A stretch of DNA of 64,000 nt, from positions 23,870,001 to 23,934,000 of the forward strand of contig NC_073378.1 of the NCBI RefSeq assembly GCF_028641065.1, written 5' to 3'. Shown here in pieces: positions 38,020-50,400 of this stretch. Numbering within the stretch: the stretch's first letter is position 1; every line of letters starts with the position of its first letter. This DNA comes from Leucoraja erinacea (lineage: Eukaryota). The position numbers and the translations under genes were made by a program. A model generated the notes under the pieces. The model was not told where the DNA came from, made no database searches, and saw only the letters and a program-made list of their open reading frames with translations.

Positions 38020-38240
38020 CACGGAAACAGGCCCTTCAGCCCAACTTGCCCACTCCGCCCAACATGCCCCATCTACACAAGTCACAGAAACAGGCCCTTC
38101 AGCCCAACTTGCCCACTCCGCCCAACATGCCCCATCTACACAAGTCACAGAAACAGGCCCTTCAGCCCAACCTGCCTACACCGGCCAACATGTCCCATCT
38201 ACACTAGTCACCCAGCATAGAAACAGCCCCATCAGCCCAG
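38020..38240. repeat. Tandem repeat, unit about 61 bp, derived from a CR1/SINE tail
   Basis: acagaaacaggcccttcagcccaacttgcccactccgcccaacatgccccatctacacaagtc, 3-4 copies; paralog at 62258-62410. Confidence 0.85.
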
Positions 38241-38326
38241 CGATATCTCTGGAGAGAAGGAATGGGTGCCGAGACTGAAGAGGGTCTCGAGCCGAAAAGT
38301 AACCCATTCCATCCAACATTTTGTGT

Positions 38327-39478
38327 CTACCTAAACAGCGCCTGTCTATCCATGTCGCAATGTGCCAGCAGGCTGGAGGAGCGGGCAAAGGCCTTGACAC
38401 AGGGCGGGCAGGTGAAGAGGTGCTGGCCGGTGTGGACTCGCCGGTGCTCCAGCAGGTGGTCAAGGTGGGTGAAGCCCTTATCACAGGACGGGCAGGGGAA
38501 GGGACTCTCACCGCTGTGGGTACGCCAGTGCTGCCAGTCTTGCCACATTCAGCACACGCTAAGGGTCTCTCTCCGGCGTGTAGCCGCTGGTTCCCCCGCA
38601 GCCTCCGTGCACTCTTGAAACGCTTGCCGCAGTGGGAGCTGCCGCAACTCCCGCGAGCTGTCGAACGCCTCCCCGCAGTACAGGCAGTCGTAGGGTTGGC
38701 CACTGCTGTGCATGCGTTAGTGAGACAGGGTGTGGGAGGCCGTGGCAAAGCGCTCTTCACACACAGGGCTGGGGACGGGACGGTCGCCGGTGTGCATATG
38801 CTGGTGGGACAGTAGCCCGGAGGAGTTGATGAAGCCCTGGTTGCAGATGAAGGGGTGCTCGACTGTGTGGGTGCGCTGGTGCCTCAGTAGGTGGCTGGAG
38901 CGGGTGAAGCCCTTGCCACACTGGGTGCAGGTGTAGGGCCGCTCCCCGGTGTGGGTGTGCTGGTGCCTCAGCAGGTGACAGGACTGGGTGAAACCGTTGC
39001 CACATTGGGCGCAGATGAAGGGGCGCTCGTCGGTGTGGCTGCGCTGGTGCCTCAGCAAGTGGCTGGAGCAGGTGAAGCCCTTGCCACAGTCGCCGCAGGT
39101 GTAGGGCCGCTCCCCAGTGTGCAGGCGCCTGTGCACCTTCAGGTTAGTGGGCCACTTGAAGACTTTGCCGCAGTCAGAGCAGGTGAAGGGCCGCTCACAG
39201 CTGTGTACCCGCCGGTGCTCCCACAGGCCCGCCGGCTGGGCAAAGCTCTTGCCACAGATGGAGCAGCCATAGGGCTTCTCGCCCGTGTGCAAACGCTGGT
39301 GCTCCTTCAGGTCATTCGCCGTCTTGAAGCGCTTGCTGCAGTCAGAGCAGTCGAAGGGGCGTTCTCCCGTGTGCACCCGCCGGTGGGTCTCCAGCTGGCT
39401 CGGCTTCTGCCAGGCCTTGCCACACACGTCGCACTCATAACGCTTCTCCTTGTTGTGCCCCGTCATGTGGTCCTCCAT
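38327..39478 (-). CDS. KRAB-less multi-C2H2 zinc-finger gene, copy A (7 intact fingers, then a premature TAA at 38717 and frameshifted distal fingers)
   Basis: MEDHMTGHNKEKRYECDVCGK...; TGERPY/F linkers; acceptor ctctgtgttcccctcctgcag at about 39610; distal fingers CPSCDKGFTHLDHLLEHRRVH end at 38327. Confidence 0.88.
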
Positions 39479-40179
39479 CGAAGCTCAGCCCCTCGAAGCT
39501 CAGCCCGCACACCGAGCAGATGGAACGGGGGGGGCTCACCGGCACCCTGGCCGCCCTCAATGGCCGCTCATGTCCCCGTCTCTCCATCCACAGCAACGGC
39601 TCCTAAACCCTGCAGGAGGGGAACACAGAGGGTCAACAAGCTGGCAAACAGGACATTACTAACGCGTGAACATTACAAGTGTTTGGGAATCATAACAGCA
39701 GCCTCGTCGTGGCGATCCCTGGAAGTGACAACACGATGCACTCTGTGACGCATCGGGCAACAATTCTGTCAACATGTTGGACGATGACAGAAGGCAAAAG
39801 CGAGCGCCATCGTCTGACACATGATCGAATTAGTGCTTGAAGGGGGGGGGTGGGAGGGGTAGTGGGGTGAGGGGTTCAGGGGGATGGGGGTAGGAGTGGC
39901 TGGAGTGGGGGGGGTCAGGGGGGTTGGGGGGAAATTGCCCGTTCACACGCAGCTGCCACAGCAAAGTGTACATACGGTGATGACAAACGCAACAAATGCA
40001 ATATTCAGTGCAGAGCTGTGCAAGATTGTGTTGCAGAAAGCCCAAGGTAGCACAGACGAGAAGGGCCAAATGGCCTGTCTCTGGGAAGAACGATCACCGA
40101 CACTGACCATGTGGAGTTTGCATGCTCCCCAACCCACCCTCCCATGGTGTAGAGCCGACCGCGCCGTGACAATGTGCGG

Positions 40180-40400
40180 CTCCGATTGGCGGAGAGCGGT
40201 CTGCCAGAGGGGAGGGGCTACGGATCAACCAATAGGATGTGGCCACCTGCGGCGGGAGCGGCTCCGATTGGTCAGACATAAGGAAGGGGCGGTACCTGGT
40301 CTGTGACATCAACCCAGGAGAGGCAGGACCTGTTCCCATTGGCCGCTGGTGCTGCCCGTCAGTGGAGGTGAGGGAGGGGGCGGGACCCGCTCCCAATGCC
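40180..40400. promoter_or_regulatory. Cluster of CCAAT and GC boxes in the ZNF intron (possible alternative promoter)
   Basis: ATTGG/CCAAT at 40185, 40229, 40267, 40338 and 40394, plus GGGGCGG at about 40286 and 40377. Confidence 0.35.
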
Positions 40401-42200
40401 CTTATTCTTAAACGGTGGCCCCTGGTTCTGGACTACCCCAACATCGGTAACATGTTTCCTGCATCTAACCTGTCAAATCCCTTAATAATTGTACATGTTT
40501 CTATAAGATCCCCTGTGATCCTTCTAAATTCTAGTGAATACAAGCCCAGAAACCCATTCTTTCATCATATGACAGTCCCGCCATACCCGGAATTAACCTG
40601 GTGAACCTAAGCTGCAATCCCTCAATAGCAAGAATGTCCTTCCTCAAATTAGGAGACCAAACCTGCACACAATACTCCAGATTTGGTCTCACTAGGGCCC
40701 TGTACAACAGCAGTAGGACCTCCTTGCTCCTAAACTCAACTCCTCTCGCTTTGAAGGCCAACATGTCATTATTTTTCTTCACTGCCTGCTGTACCCGCAT
40801 GCTTACTTTCAGTGACTGATGTACAAGGACCCCCAGATCTCGTTGCACTTCCCTGACACCATTCAGATAATAGATTGCTGGAGTGCTCCAATTTTTCCCA
40901 CCAATCTCCTATCAAAGGCTTTCTGAAAGTCCAGGTACACTTCATCCACTGGCTCTCCCATGTCCATTTTCCTAGTTACATCCTCAAAAAATTCCAGAAG
41001 ATTAATCAAGCATGATTTCACCATCGTAAATCCATCCTGTTGCTGTTATCCAAATGTGCCACTATTTCATCTATTATAATTGACTCCAGCATCTTCCCCA
41101 CCACTGATGTCAGGCTAACTGGTCTATATTTCCCTGTTTTCTCACTCCCTCCTTTCTTAAAAAGTGGGATAACATAAGCTACCCTACAATCCACAGGAAC
41201 AAATAGAACAGATAGAATCTATAGAACATTGGAAAATGATCACCAATGCATCCACAATTTCTATAGACACTTCCTTAAGTACCCTGGGATGCAGACCATC
41301 AGGCCTTGGGGATTTATCAGCCTTCAGTCCCATCAGTCTACCCAACACCATTTCCTGCCTAATATGAATTTCCTTCAGTTCCTCCGTCACCCCAGATCCT
41401 CTGGCCACTAGTACATATGGGAGATTGTTTGTTTTCCTTAGTGAAGACGGATCCAAAGTACCTGTTCAACTCATCTGCCATTTCCTTGTTCCCAATAATA
41501 AATTCACGTATTTCTGTCTTCAAGGGATGCACATTTGTCTTAACTCATTTTTTCCTCTTCACATACCTAAAGAAGCTTTTACTATCCTCCTTTATATTCT
41601 TGGCTAGCTTACCTTCGTACCTCATCTTTTCTCCCCGTATTGCCTTTTTAGTTATTTTCTGTTGCTCTCTAAATGTTTCCCAATCCTCTGGATTCCCGCT
41701 CATCTTTGTTATGTGATAGTTCTTCTCTTTAGCTGACCCCACTGTCAGCCATGGTCGCCCCTTACTCCCCTTGGAATCTTCATTCCTCTTTGGAATGAAC
41801 TGATCCTGCACCTTCTGTATTATTTGCAGAAATACCTGGCCTTGTTGTTCCACTGTCATCCCTGCTAGTGTATCTTTCCAATCAACTTTGGCCAGCTCCT
41901 CCCTCATGGCCCCATCGTCCCCTTTGCTGAACTGTAACACTGACACCTCCGATTTCCCCTTCTCCCTCTCCAATTGTAGATTAAAACTTATCAGCCATGT
42001 CTCTGTAATTCCCACAACATCATACTTGCCAGTTTCTAACTGAGCCTCAAGCCTGTCCACTTTATTTCTTATAATTCGTGCATTCATTACTCCTCTCCCC
42101 TTCCACATGATTCCTATTTCACTTGGCCATACTCGTTAATTCTGGTGTTTTTTATTAACTTTTCCTGAACTCTCTTTCCCTTTAACACCATCCTTGTATC
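40396..42200 (-). mobile_element. Internally deleted CR1 LINE
   Basis: NARIIRNKVDRL..YDVVGITETWL, KSPRPDGLHP, LVRPNLEYCVQVWSP. Confidence 0.9.
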
Positions 42201-42219
42201 CTTGCACCGCGGCCTCCCG

Positions 42220-42470
42220 CCGCCAGGGGGCGCTGCAGACAGAGGACCAGAGGCGATGCAACGAGCCCTTCAATTGACAGGGGGCGCTGCAGACAGAGAA
42301 ACAAAGGCGAGGCGCAATAGCCGTGGAAACCGCTGCAGGATCTTTGGTGGAAACATAGACGCTGCACCGCGGCCTCCCGCCGCCAGGGGGTGCAATAGCC
42401 GGGGAAAAAGCGACGCTGAACCGCGGCCTCCCGCCGCAGGGGGCGCTGAAGCCAGAGGACCAGAGGGCGC
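42220..42470 (+). promoter_or_regulatory. Cluster of co-oriented CTCF-like motifs in a short degenerate tandem repeat
   Basis: CCGCCAGGGGGCGC (42220), TGACAGGGGGCGC (42275), CCGCCAGGGGGTGC (42380), CCGCAGGGGGCGC (42434), GACCAGAGGGCGC (42458). Confidence 0.55.
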
Positions 42471-42499
42471 CCAGACCTCCTTCCCTGCCTCACTCAAAT

Positions 42500-42960
42500 A
42501 CATCTTTCTCTCTCTCCCCGCCCGCACGTCTCGGTCTCGGTCTCCTCGGGCCGCCGCCGCCGCGGGATCGCCCTGGTGAAGGGAGCAGGGAGCAGGGAAA
42601 GGACGCGGGGCCGAGCGGCGGCGGCGACTGTTCCCACCTGAGCTCCCCCTGCTCCTCCCGTCCACAGATCTATGATCTTTGCCCATAACCAACTGTATCT
42701 TGCTCCCGGCGGCTGCGCACCGGCCCGCCTCACGTGATCAGAACCGCGTCACCGGCCCGCCTCACGTGATCAGAACCGCGTCACCGCCCCGTCCCACGTG
42801 ATCAGATTCGCGTCACCGGCTCGCCCACGTGATCAGGTACTCGTCACCGGCCCGCCCCACGTGATCAGATCCGCGTCACCGGCCCGCCTCACGTGATCAG
42901 ATCCGCGTCACCGGCTCGCCCACGTGATCAGGACACGGCCACGCCCACCGCCGCTATAAT
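42500..42960 (-). promoter_or_regulatory. CpG-island promoter and first exon, probably of ZNF copy A, with a 7x 31-32 bp E-box/CRE tandem array
   Basis: Minus-strand donor CTCAG|GTGGGA at about 42638; CACGTG at 42731, 42763, 42795, 42826, 42858, 42890 and 42921, each unit cacgtgatcagatccgcgtcaccggcccgcct. Confidence 0.65.
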
Positions 42961-43384
42961 GACAAAATAATCAAGCTCTACATTTTGGTTTAGTTCTTGT
43001 AAATAGGCTCCAAAATACGGCCCGCGGGCCACATCAGGCCCACCACCAGATTTTTCAAGTTCAACTTCGAGTCAGGGAGCGTAGCAAGTCTCAGTGTTAT
43101 TACCAGTTAGGTCATAGAAACATAGAAAATAGGTGCACGAGGGGGCCATTCAATGTGATCATGGCTGATCGTCCCCTATCAATACCCCATGCTTGCCTTC
43201 TCCCCATATCCCTTGACTCCACTAGCCCTTAGAGCTCTATCTAACTCTCTCTTAAATCCATCCAGTGACTTGGCCTCCACTGCAGGACTGCCAACTCTCA
43301 CGCGTTGAGCGTGAGAATCACGCCCTGAAGCAAACTCTCAGGCCCTCACGCTGATCAGAAATTTCTCACGCTCTGTACATTCCT

Positions 43385-43992
43385 TCTAGTTTTAGGGAGA
43401 AGGTTAGCAGGGAATGATCGGAAATAATACTATTATGATATTTGTTGTAAAAGGTATTAATTTTGTGTCCACCAGAAAATAGTCAATACGCGTATAAGTT
43501 TTATGTACGGATGAATAAAAGGAGTATTCTCTTCCGGCTGGATTTGCAATCCTCCATACGTCTTTTATATTTGTATTTTTTATTTAAGTATTTAGAAGTT
43601 CGCTGGATTTTGATTTTGTGTTATATCTCTTTTGTTGTGAGGATTTATCCAAATATTGATCCAAAACACAGTTGAAATCTCCCCCGATTATCAGGTTTTG
43701 CTGGGTGGAATCTGAGATTATATTAAAAATGTTGTTAAAAAATTGTGGATTATCAAAGTTGGGAGCGTTGATGTTCATCATAGTAAGTGGGGTAGAATAT
43801 ATCTCCCCAGATACTATGACGTACCTACCATATTTGTCTGCCATGGTGGTTTTATGTTTAAATGGTATATCCTTATGAATTATAATTGCAGTACCTCTGG
43901 TTTTGGAGAGAAAAGAGGAGCGATATATTTGACCAGTCCAGTTAGCCTTCAGCCTGATATGAGCTCGATCTTTGAGATGCGTCTCTTGTAAA
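43385..43992 (-). mobile_element. L1 (vertebrate L1 clade) ORF2 endonuclease fragment
   Basis: LQETHL, DKYGRYVIVSG, NINAPNFDNPQFF, IIGGDFNC. Confidence 0.85.
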
Positions 43993-44004
43993 GGGCTAGT
44001 CTCC

Positions 44005-46632
44005 TTTGACCGGTCCGTTCACAAGTTACTAATATCTGAGGACCCGATAAAAGGATACCCTGATCTATTCGATGGCAAGCTGGGCAAGCTGCCAGTTACC
44101 TTTAAGATCGCCATTGACCCCAACGTCGACCTAGCCGTCCTTGCCCCCCACCGTGTGTCACATGCCATGAAAGACAGAATTGTGGCTGATCTAAAAAACA
44201 TGGTCTCCATGGGCGTACTAGCCGAAATCAGCTAATCCACTGCCTGGGTCTCCACCATGGTTGTCACCTTTAAGAAAGACAAAGACGAGCTCCGCGTGTG
44301 CATTAATCCAAAAGATTTGAATGCTGCCATCAAGCGCCCGCACTATCCGATGAGAACTGTCGAGGACGTCGCTGCACAGATCAAGATTCAAGATACATTT
44401 AATCGGGTAAGCAAGAGTATTTTCCGTCCTTGACGCTAAAAGCTCGTTTTGGCAGATGCCACTAGATGATGAATCATCATACCTGACCACGTTTGCCACA
44501 CCGTTTGGTAGATTTAAATTTCTCAGGATGCCATTCGGCATCAACTCAGCCAGCGAACTCTTTCAAACAACCATGGAACAGCTGCTCCAAGGACTCCCGT
44601 GTGCCATCATCGTGGATGACATCCTGGTATATGGCAAAGACACAGTGGAGCATGACAACAACCTAAAGCGTATTATGGACCGGGCACGTGAGATCAACCT
44701 GAAATTCAGCCCTAATAAATGTAAGTTCAGGGTTCCAGAGGTCACATATGTTGGACACGTTTTCACTCCTGACGGTCTTAAACCCTACCCGAAGAAAACC
44801 GCTTCCATCACAGAGATGCCAGCCCCCACCTACAACGATTCCTGGGTATGGTGAACTATCTGGGAAAGTCCATACTGAACCTCAGCGAACTAAGTTCGCC
44901 TCTGAGACAAATCACTCGGAAGGAAACTGCCTGGACCTGGTTCCAGCAACATCGACAATTTGATTCTTTAAAGTCCAAGCTGACCAGCGCTCCCACGTTG
45001 ACATTCTTCGACCTAAAGCATCCTGTCACGGTAACCTGCGATGCCTCACGATACGGGCTGGGCGCAGCTTGCCTACAAACGCCTGCCGATGGGACTGTAC
45101 TACCTGTATCTTATGCCTCCCGTACCATGACGGACACCGAACAGCACTATGCACAGATCGAGAATGAGCTGCTAGCCGTGGTCTTCGCTTGTTCAAAATT
45201 CAAGGACTTCATCTTTGGAAATACTTTCACATTCGAAACATGGCCAAGTACATACGGGACAGGACAGCCTCCTACCCCATCTGCAACAGTTTGGCACCAC
45301 ACCTACAGAAACAGCCTCTGCTACAACAACCCCCACCGGCACTGCCTTGGACGTCGCTGGCGGCAGACATTTTCGAATGGCACGGTAAACATTATCTAGT
45401 CCTGGTCAACTCCTACTCTAACTGCTTCGAACTTGATTCACTGCCCTCTATCAAATCAGAAATGGTCATTCAAAAGCTACAGCCACTTTTCCACATTTGG
45501 CGCACCTGTCCATCTGCAAACTGACAATGGAAGGCAATTTACCAGCCACACATTCAAACACTTTGCCAACCGATGGAACTTCCACCATGTCACAAGCAGC
45601 CCTGAATACCCTCAAAGTAACGGGCTCACTGAACGGGCCATTAGGAGCGCAAAACAGCTAATGGAATGCGCCCACCTGCCCAAGTCGGATGTGTATCTCG
45701 ACCTCTTAAACCTCAGAAACATCGCCAGAGATGGGGTCCTGGGCTCACCAGCCCAACGCCTGATGTCTAGAACAACGCAACCTCTGACACCAATTGCCCA
45801 GCAGAAGCTGGTGCCACAGGTGCTGAAGCCATCTGCGGTCCAGAAGCGCATCCAGGAGAAACACAACATCCAGAAACTATCTTATGACAAGTCCAGCAAA
45901 CCGCTGCTGCGGGGCCAAGTTGTCTGCTTGCAAACTACTTTGGGACATTCCCGTCTAGGTTGCGTTGTTGGCCCATCCAAAGAACCCCGATCCTACCTGT
46001 CAACATCGATGGTGCCCTGTACCGACGGAGCCGCTAACACTTGCTGTCTGTAAAGGAACCACGTCCACCACTAGCCAATCCCTTTGCTCCACCTTTATTG
46101 TTCCAGCCGTCTGCTGCTGCTGCTGCTATCACTAGTCCCAGCATGTCCCGTTCTCTGCCGCGACCGGCGGCTCTGTCTAACAACAACACCACCTCTCCCG
46201 CATGCTCTCCTTATCGGTCGCCACAAATGTCCCCAGTTGCTTTCTCACTTCCTGGTTCACTGCCTCCCCCCCCCCCCACTAACTTTTCTGGCGCGGAGGG
46301 AGAGGAATTGGTCCGTACGTGTTCGGGTCGTATTAGTAGACTCGCCTGACAGATACGGTGAGTATGTTTAAATTCGAGAGTCGTATATGTGTTTAACTAT
46401 ATTCGCTCTATACGGGGAAGGATGTAGATTGGTTATTGCATGCGAACCAATCATAGTAGAAACGGAATCACTAACCCCACCTTACTGTATGCTTTATATT
46501 AACACCCACTTCCTACACTAGGCAGACTTGGAAGCGGTGATGATGAACTAGCAACTAACAACCTGTGTACTGCTATATTAAGTGTATCAATTAAAGATGA
46601 CTTTAAACTGCAGACTGTGTAATATACTTACA
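44005..46632 (+). mobile_element. 5'-truncated Ty3/Gypsy LTR retrotransposon (RT-RNaseH-IN plus 3' LTR 46422-46632)
   Basis: LRMPFGI, IVDDILVYG, CDASRYGLGA, YAQIENELLAVVF, QTDNGRQF, SSPEYPQSNGLTER; PPT ggggaagga then TGT...ACA LTR with ATTAAA. Confidence 0.92.
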
Positions 46633-49300
46633 GGTAGGATAAACATTTTAATAGCATTGATTTGGCCAATTAAAGATAAGAACATTGATGACCATTTAGT
46701 AAACTGTTGTCTGAAGTGGTCAATTAGGGGCGTAAAATTGGCTTTAAATAGGTCCTTGTGTTTCTTGGTAATCTTAATGCCTAAATAAGTAAAACAGTCG
46801 GTAGTCAATCTAAATGGAAACTGGCCATAATTCAAAATTTGATTGTTTAATGGAAAAAAGCTCACTCTTACTAAGATTTAGTTTATAACCAGAAAAACTA
46901 CTACATCGATCAAGTAATGCTACTATTGCAGGAATAGATTTCTCTAGGTTAGAGATAAATAATAACGGATCATCTGCATAAAGAGATAGCTTATGTGTCT
47001 TATTCTCACGAACAATACCTAAAATATTAGGGGATTCCCTAATAGCAGTGGCCAAAGGTTCCAAAGCGATATCAAACAATAAAGGACTTAAAGGACAGCC
47101 CTGTCAAGTACCTCGAAAGAGCCTGAAAAAAGGGGATCTCTATTGGTAAGTACAGAAGCTTGAGGTATATGATATATCAGCTTGATCCAGGAGATAAATT
47201 TTGGGCCAATCTTAAATTTTTCAAGTGTATTGAATAAGTATTCCTATTCTATTCTATTCTATCAAATGCCTTCTCAGCATCAAGTGAAATGACACATTCT
47301 GGAGTTTTATTTGACGCTGTAAATACAATGTTCATTAATCTAACGTTAAAGTATGAGTAACGATTTTTAATAAAACCTGTCTGATCTTCAGAAATAATTT
47401 GCAGTAAAATATTTTCCAATCTCACAGCTAATATTTTTGAAAGAATGTTGGAATCTAAATTTAACAGTGATATAGGTCTATATGATGTCACTTCAGTAGG
47501 GTCTTTATCTTTTTTAAGAATGAAAGAAATAGATGCTTCATTAAAGGTAATTTATTCATTAAAAAGGCATCTTTAAAAACCTTGCAAAAAATTGTCTGTT
47601 ACCATTTGGGAGTCGTATACGCAGTCTAGCTGGGTAGTGCAAGGCAGGACGTAGCTGTTTCTTAAACAACTCAGACATTATATTATGGAAAGGCATGCTC
47701 AGTCCCATAAGCTCATGACTGTAATCAGGAACAAACCGAAACTTGCATCCTTTAAATTCAACCATGCCCAACTTTTTTGCTGCTCAGAGGATATTCTCCT
47801 TCATCTGCAGAAAGTGAAACCGAACGATCAGATGTCTCGATTTACAGTTTTCTTCCCGACGCTGTGTGGTTTATCCAAAATTGGAAGATTTTCATACTGC
47901 TCGATGTTGAAAGTCTCCTTTATCATTTTAGAGACATATTTTATAACATTATCCCCTTCCTGACCTTCAGGCAAACCAACAATTCGCAGATTCAGTCGAC
48001 GGCTTCTGTTTTCCAGAGCCATGTTTTTGGTCTTGTATTGCTCGCGTGCCCGAGTATTTTCAGTCATTTTCCGTTCCAGTATTTCAATCTTCAAATCTCT
48101 TTCCTGACCCAAGATTCGCAAGTTATCAATTTGTTCCTTCTGTTCACGAGATTCATCTTGTAACATAATCAGCTTGTCTTGAATTTGAATTTGAATATTG
48201 AATTTATATTTGATTCCTTTATTGTCATTCAGACCTTTCGGTTTGAACAAAATTACGTTGCCTGCAGTCATACACAGTAACAATAAATAACAAAACATAC
48301 AATAAACACAAATTAACATCCACCACAGTGAGTTCACCAAGCACCTCCTCACTGTGATGGAGGCAAAAGTCTTAGTCTCTGTCTCTTCCCTCCTTGTTCT
48401 CCCTCTGCGCTGAGGCGATCGATCCAGGCCGAAGATGCCGCCCTCCAGTCCAGCGGACCTCCGTGGTGATGTCGCCGCTGCCGAAAACCGAAACGCCGTC
48501 TCCGCTCTGCTCCGAGTCAGCCCGCCACAGCCTCAGCTCCGAGTCGGCCCGCCACAGCCCCAGCTCCGAGTCCCGCAGCCCCAGTCCCGGGCCGCTGCAT
48601 CAGCTCTGAGTCCTGCAGTCTCAGCTCCGGGCCACTGCATCAGCTCCGAGTCCCGCAGTCTCAGCTCCGGGTCGCTGCCGAAAGCTGGAACGCCGCATCA
48701 GCGAGTCGGGCCACCGCTGCCTCGGCCCCGAAGACGGCCAGCCTCACGTTGGTAAGTCCTGGCTGGCTCTGCCTCCGGAGCCTCGAGGTCGGTCGCAGTT
48801 GGAGACCACCAGCTCCGCCATTAGGCCTCAGCGCAGACGGAGGCAGAGAAGGGGGATACGACTAGAAAAAGTCACATTCCCCCGAAGGAAGAGACAAAAA
48901 AACATGTTTCACCCCCCCCCCCCCATAACACAACCCAACAAACTAAAACTTAGCCAAAACAAGACAAACAAAACAACAACAAAAAAGTAAAGACAGACGG
49001 ACTGCAGGCGAGCCGCAGCTGTTAACAGCGCCTTCAACAACTTCCTTCAATTTGCTCAAAATTCCTTTAATCATTTCTTCCAAACCGCAGAATCTTGTGT
49101 TCATTTCTCAGTTCATTTTCGATATTGCTTCTAAGTTACCGGAGTCAGAAGCTGCGCCTTCACCACGCTCCTTCCTTGGAGACGTTTTTTTTGCTCATCT
49201 CCATCCTTTACACGGTTGAAACGTATAAAAGTGTTATCAACACTTTAAATGTCCTGTGTCTTGAAATCAAGTAATTACAAGTAACATTGAAAGAGTGGTA
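46633..49300 (-). mobile_element. L1 fragment: ORF1 fused by deletion to ORF2 RT
   Basis: ORF1 LENRSRRLNLRIVGLPEG..FRFVPDYS..YPARLRI; RT SYRPISLLN, DQTGFIKNR, SLDAEKAFDR, QGCPLSPLLF, SLYADD, YLGIKI. Confidence 0.88.
48180..49032 (-). mobile_element. Non-autonomous retroposon inserted in L1 ORF1 (Rex1-like tail, GC-rich body with internal 20-40 bp repeats)
   Basis: (TTCAAA)n-like tail and gaatgacaataaagg 3' end at the left; cagctccgagtcccgcag repeats; L1 ORF1 resumes on both sides. Confidence 0.55.
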
Positions 49301-49371
49301 AGCAAGGAGTTAAAAGTTAAGGGAGCAAACGATGAACAACCTCACAGCATGCTGCAACTAGAGAGAGACCC

Positions 49372-50400
49372 GCGATGTTTCGGGTCGAGACTCTTCTTCA
49401 GATTGATGTTGGGGGGGGGGTAAAAGAAAGGAAGAGGCGGTGACAGTGGGCTGTGGGAGAGCTGGGAAGGGGAGGGGATGGAGGGAGAAAGCAAGGACTA
49501 CCTGAAATTGGAGAAGTCAATGTTCATACAGCTGGGGTGTAAACTGCCCAGGCGAAATATGAGGTGCTGCTCCTCCAATTTGCGGTGGGACTCACTCTGG
49601 CCATGGAGGAGGCCCAGGACAGAAAGGTCGGATTGGGAATGGGAGGGGGAGTTAAGTGTTGAGTCACCGGGAGATCGGGTTGGTTATTGTGGACTGAGCG
49701 GAGGTGTTGGGCGAAGCAATCGCCAAGCCTCCACTTGGTCTCACTGATGTAGAGGTTGACACCTGGAACAGCAAACACAGCAGATGAGGTTGGAGGAGGT
49801 GCAGGTGAACCTCTGCCGCACCTGGAAAGACTGCTTGGGTTCTTGGGGTGGAGTCGAGGGGGGAAGGTAAAGCGGCAAGTGTAGCATTTCCTGCAGTTGC
49901 AGGGGAAAGTGCCCGGGGGTGGTTTAGGTGGGAAGGGACAAATTGACTAGAGAGTTACCGAGGGAACAGTCTCTGCGGAAAGCAGAAAGAGATGGGAGGA
50001 TGTGGCCAGTGGTGGGATCCCGTTGGAGGTGGCAAAAATGTTGGAGGATTATCTGTGTATGTGACGGCTGGTGGGGTGGAAGGTGAGGACAAGGAGGACT
50101 CTGCCCTTGTTACGAGTGGGGGGATGGGGAATGAGAGCGGAGCTACGGGATATAGAGGAGACCTTGGTGAGAGCCTCATTTATAGGCGAAGAGGGGAACC
50201 CCCATTCCCTGAAGAATGAGGACATCTCCAATGCTCTGGTGTGGAGCACCTCATCCTGGGTGCAGATGTGGCGTAGACGGAGGAATTGGAGGTGGGGACA
50301 GAGTCCTTACAGGAAGCAGGGTGGGAAGAAGTGTAGTCCAGATAGCCATGGGAGTCAGTGGGTTTGTAGTAGATGTTGGTCAGTAGTCTGTTACCTGCAA
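49372..50400 (-). mobile_element. Penelope-like element 3' fragment (RT C-terminus, GIY-YIG endonuclease, hammerhead-bearing terminus)
   Basis: NRLLTNIYYKPTDSHGYLDYTSSHP, LYISETKWRLGDCFAQHLRSV; CTGAAGAAGAGTCTCGACCCGAAAC at the 3' end (49377-49401). Confidence 0.85.

Larger units (their letters stand above)
25830..39810 (+). repeat. Segmental duplication copy A (paralogous to about 50500-64000)
   Basis: Collinear unique and repeat sequence, e.g. 26023 vs 50671 aaacacttgtggacaacactcccaccgtgtggtg, the PTPRCAP-like exons, the ZNF exon, and 39700-39790 vs 63900-63990. Confidence 0.95.

Noticed and set aside
42719-42935. CRISPR-like regular repeat array
   Set aside because: Units are contiguous with no unique spacers, there are no cas genes, and the context is vertebrate; it is a minisatellite
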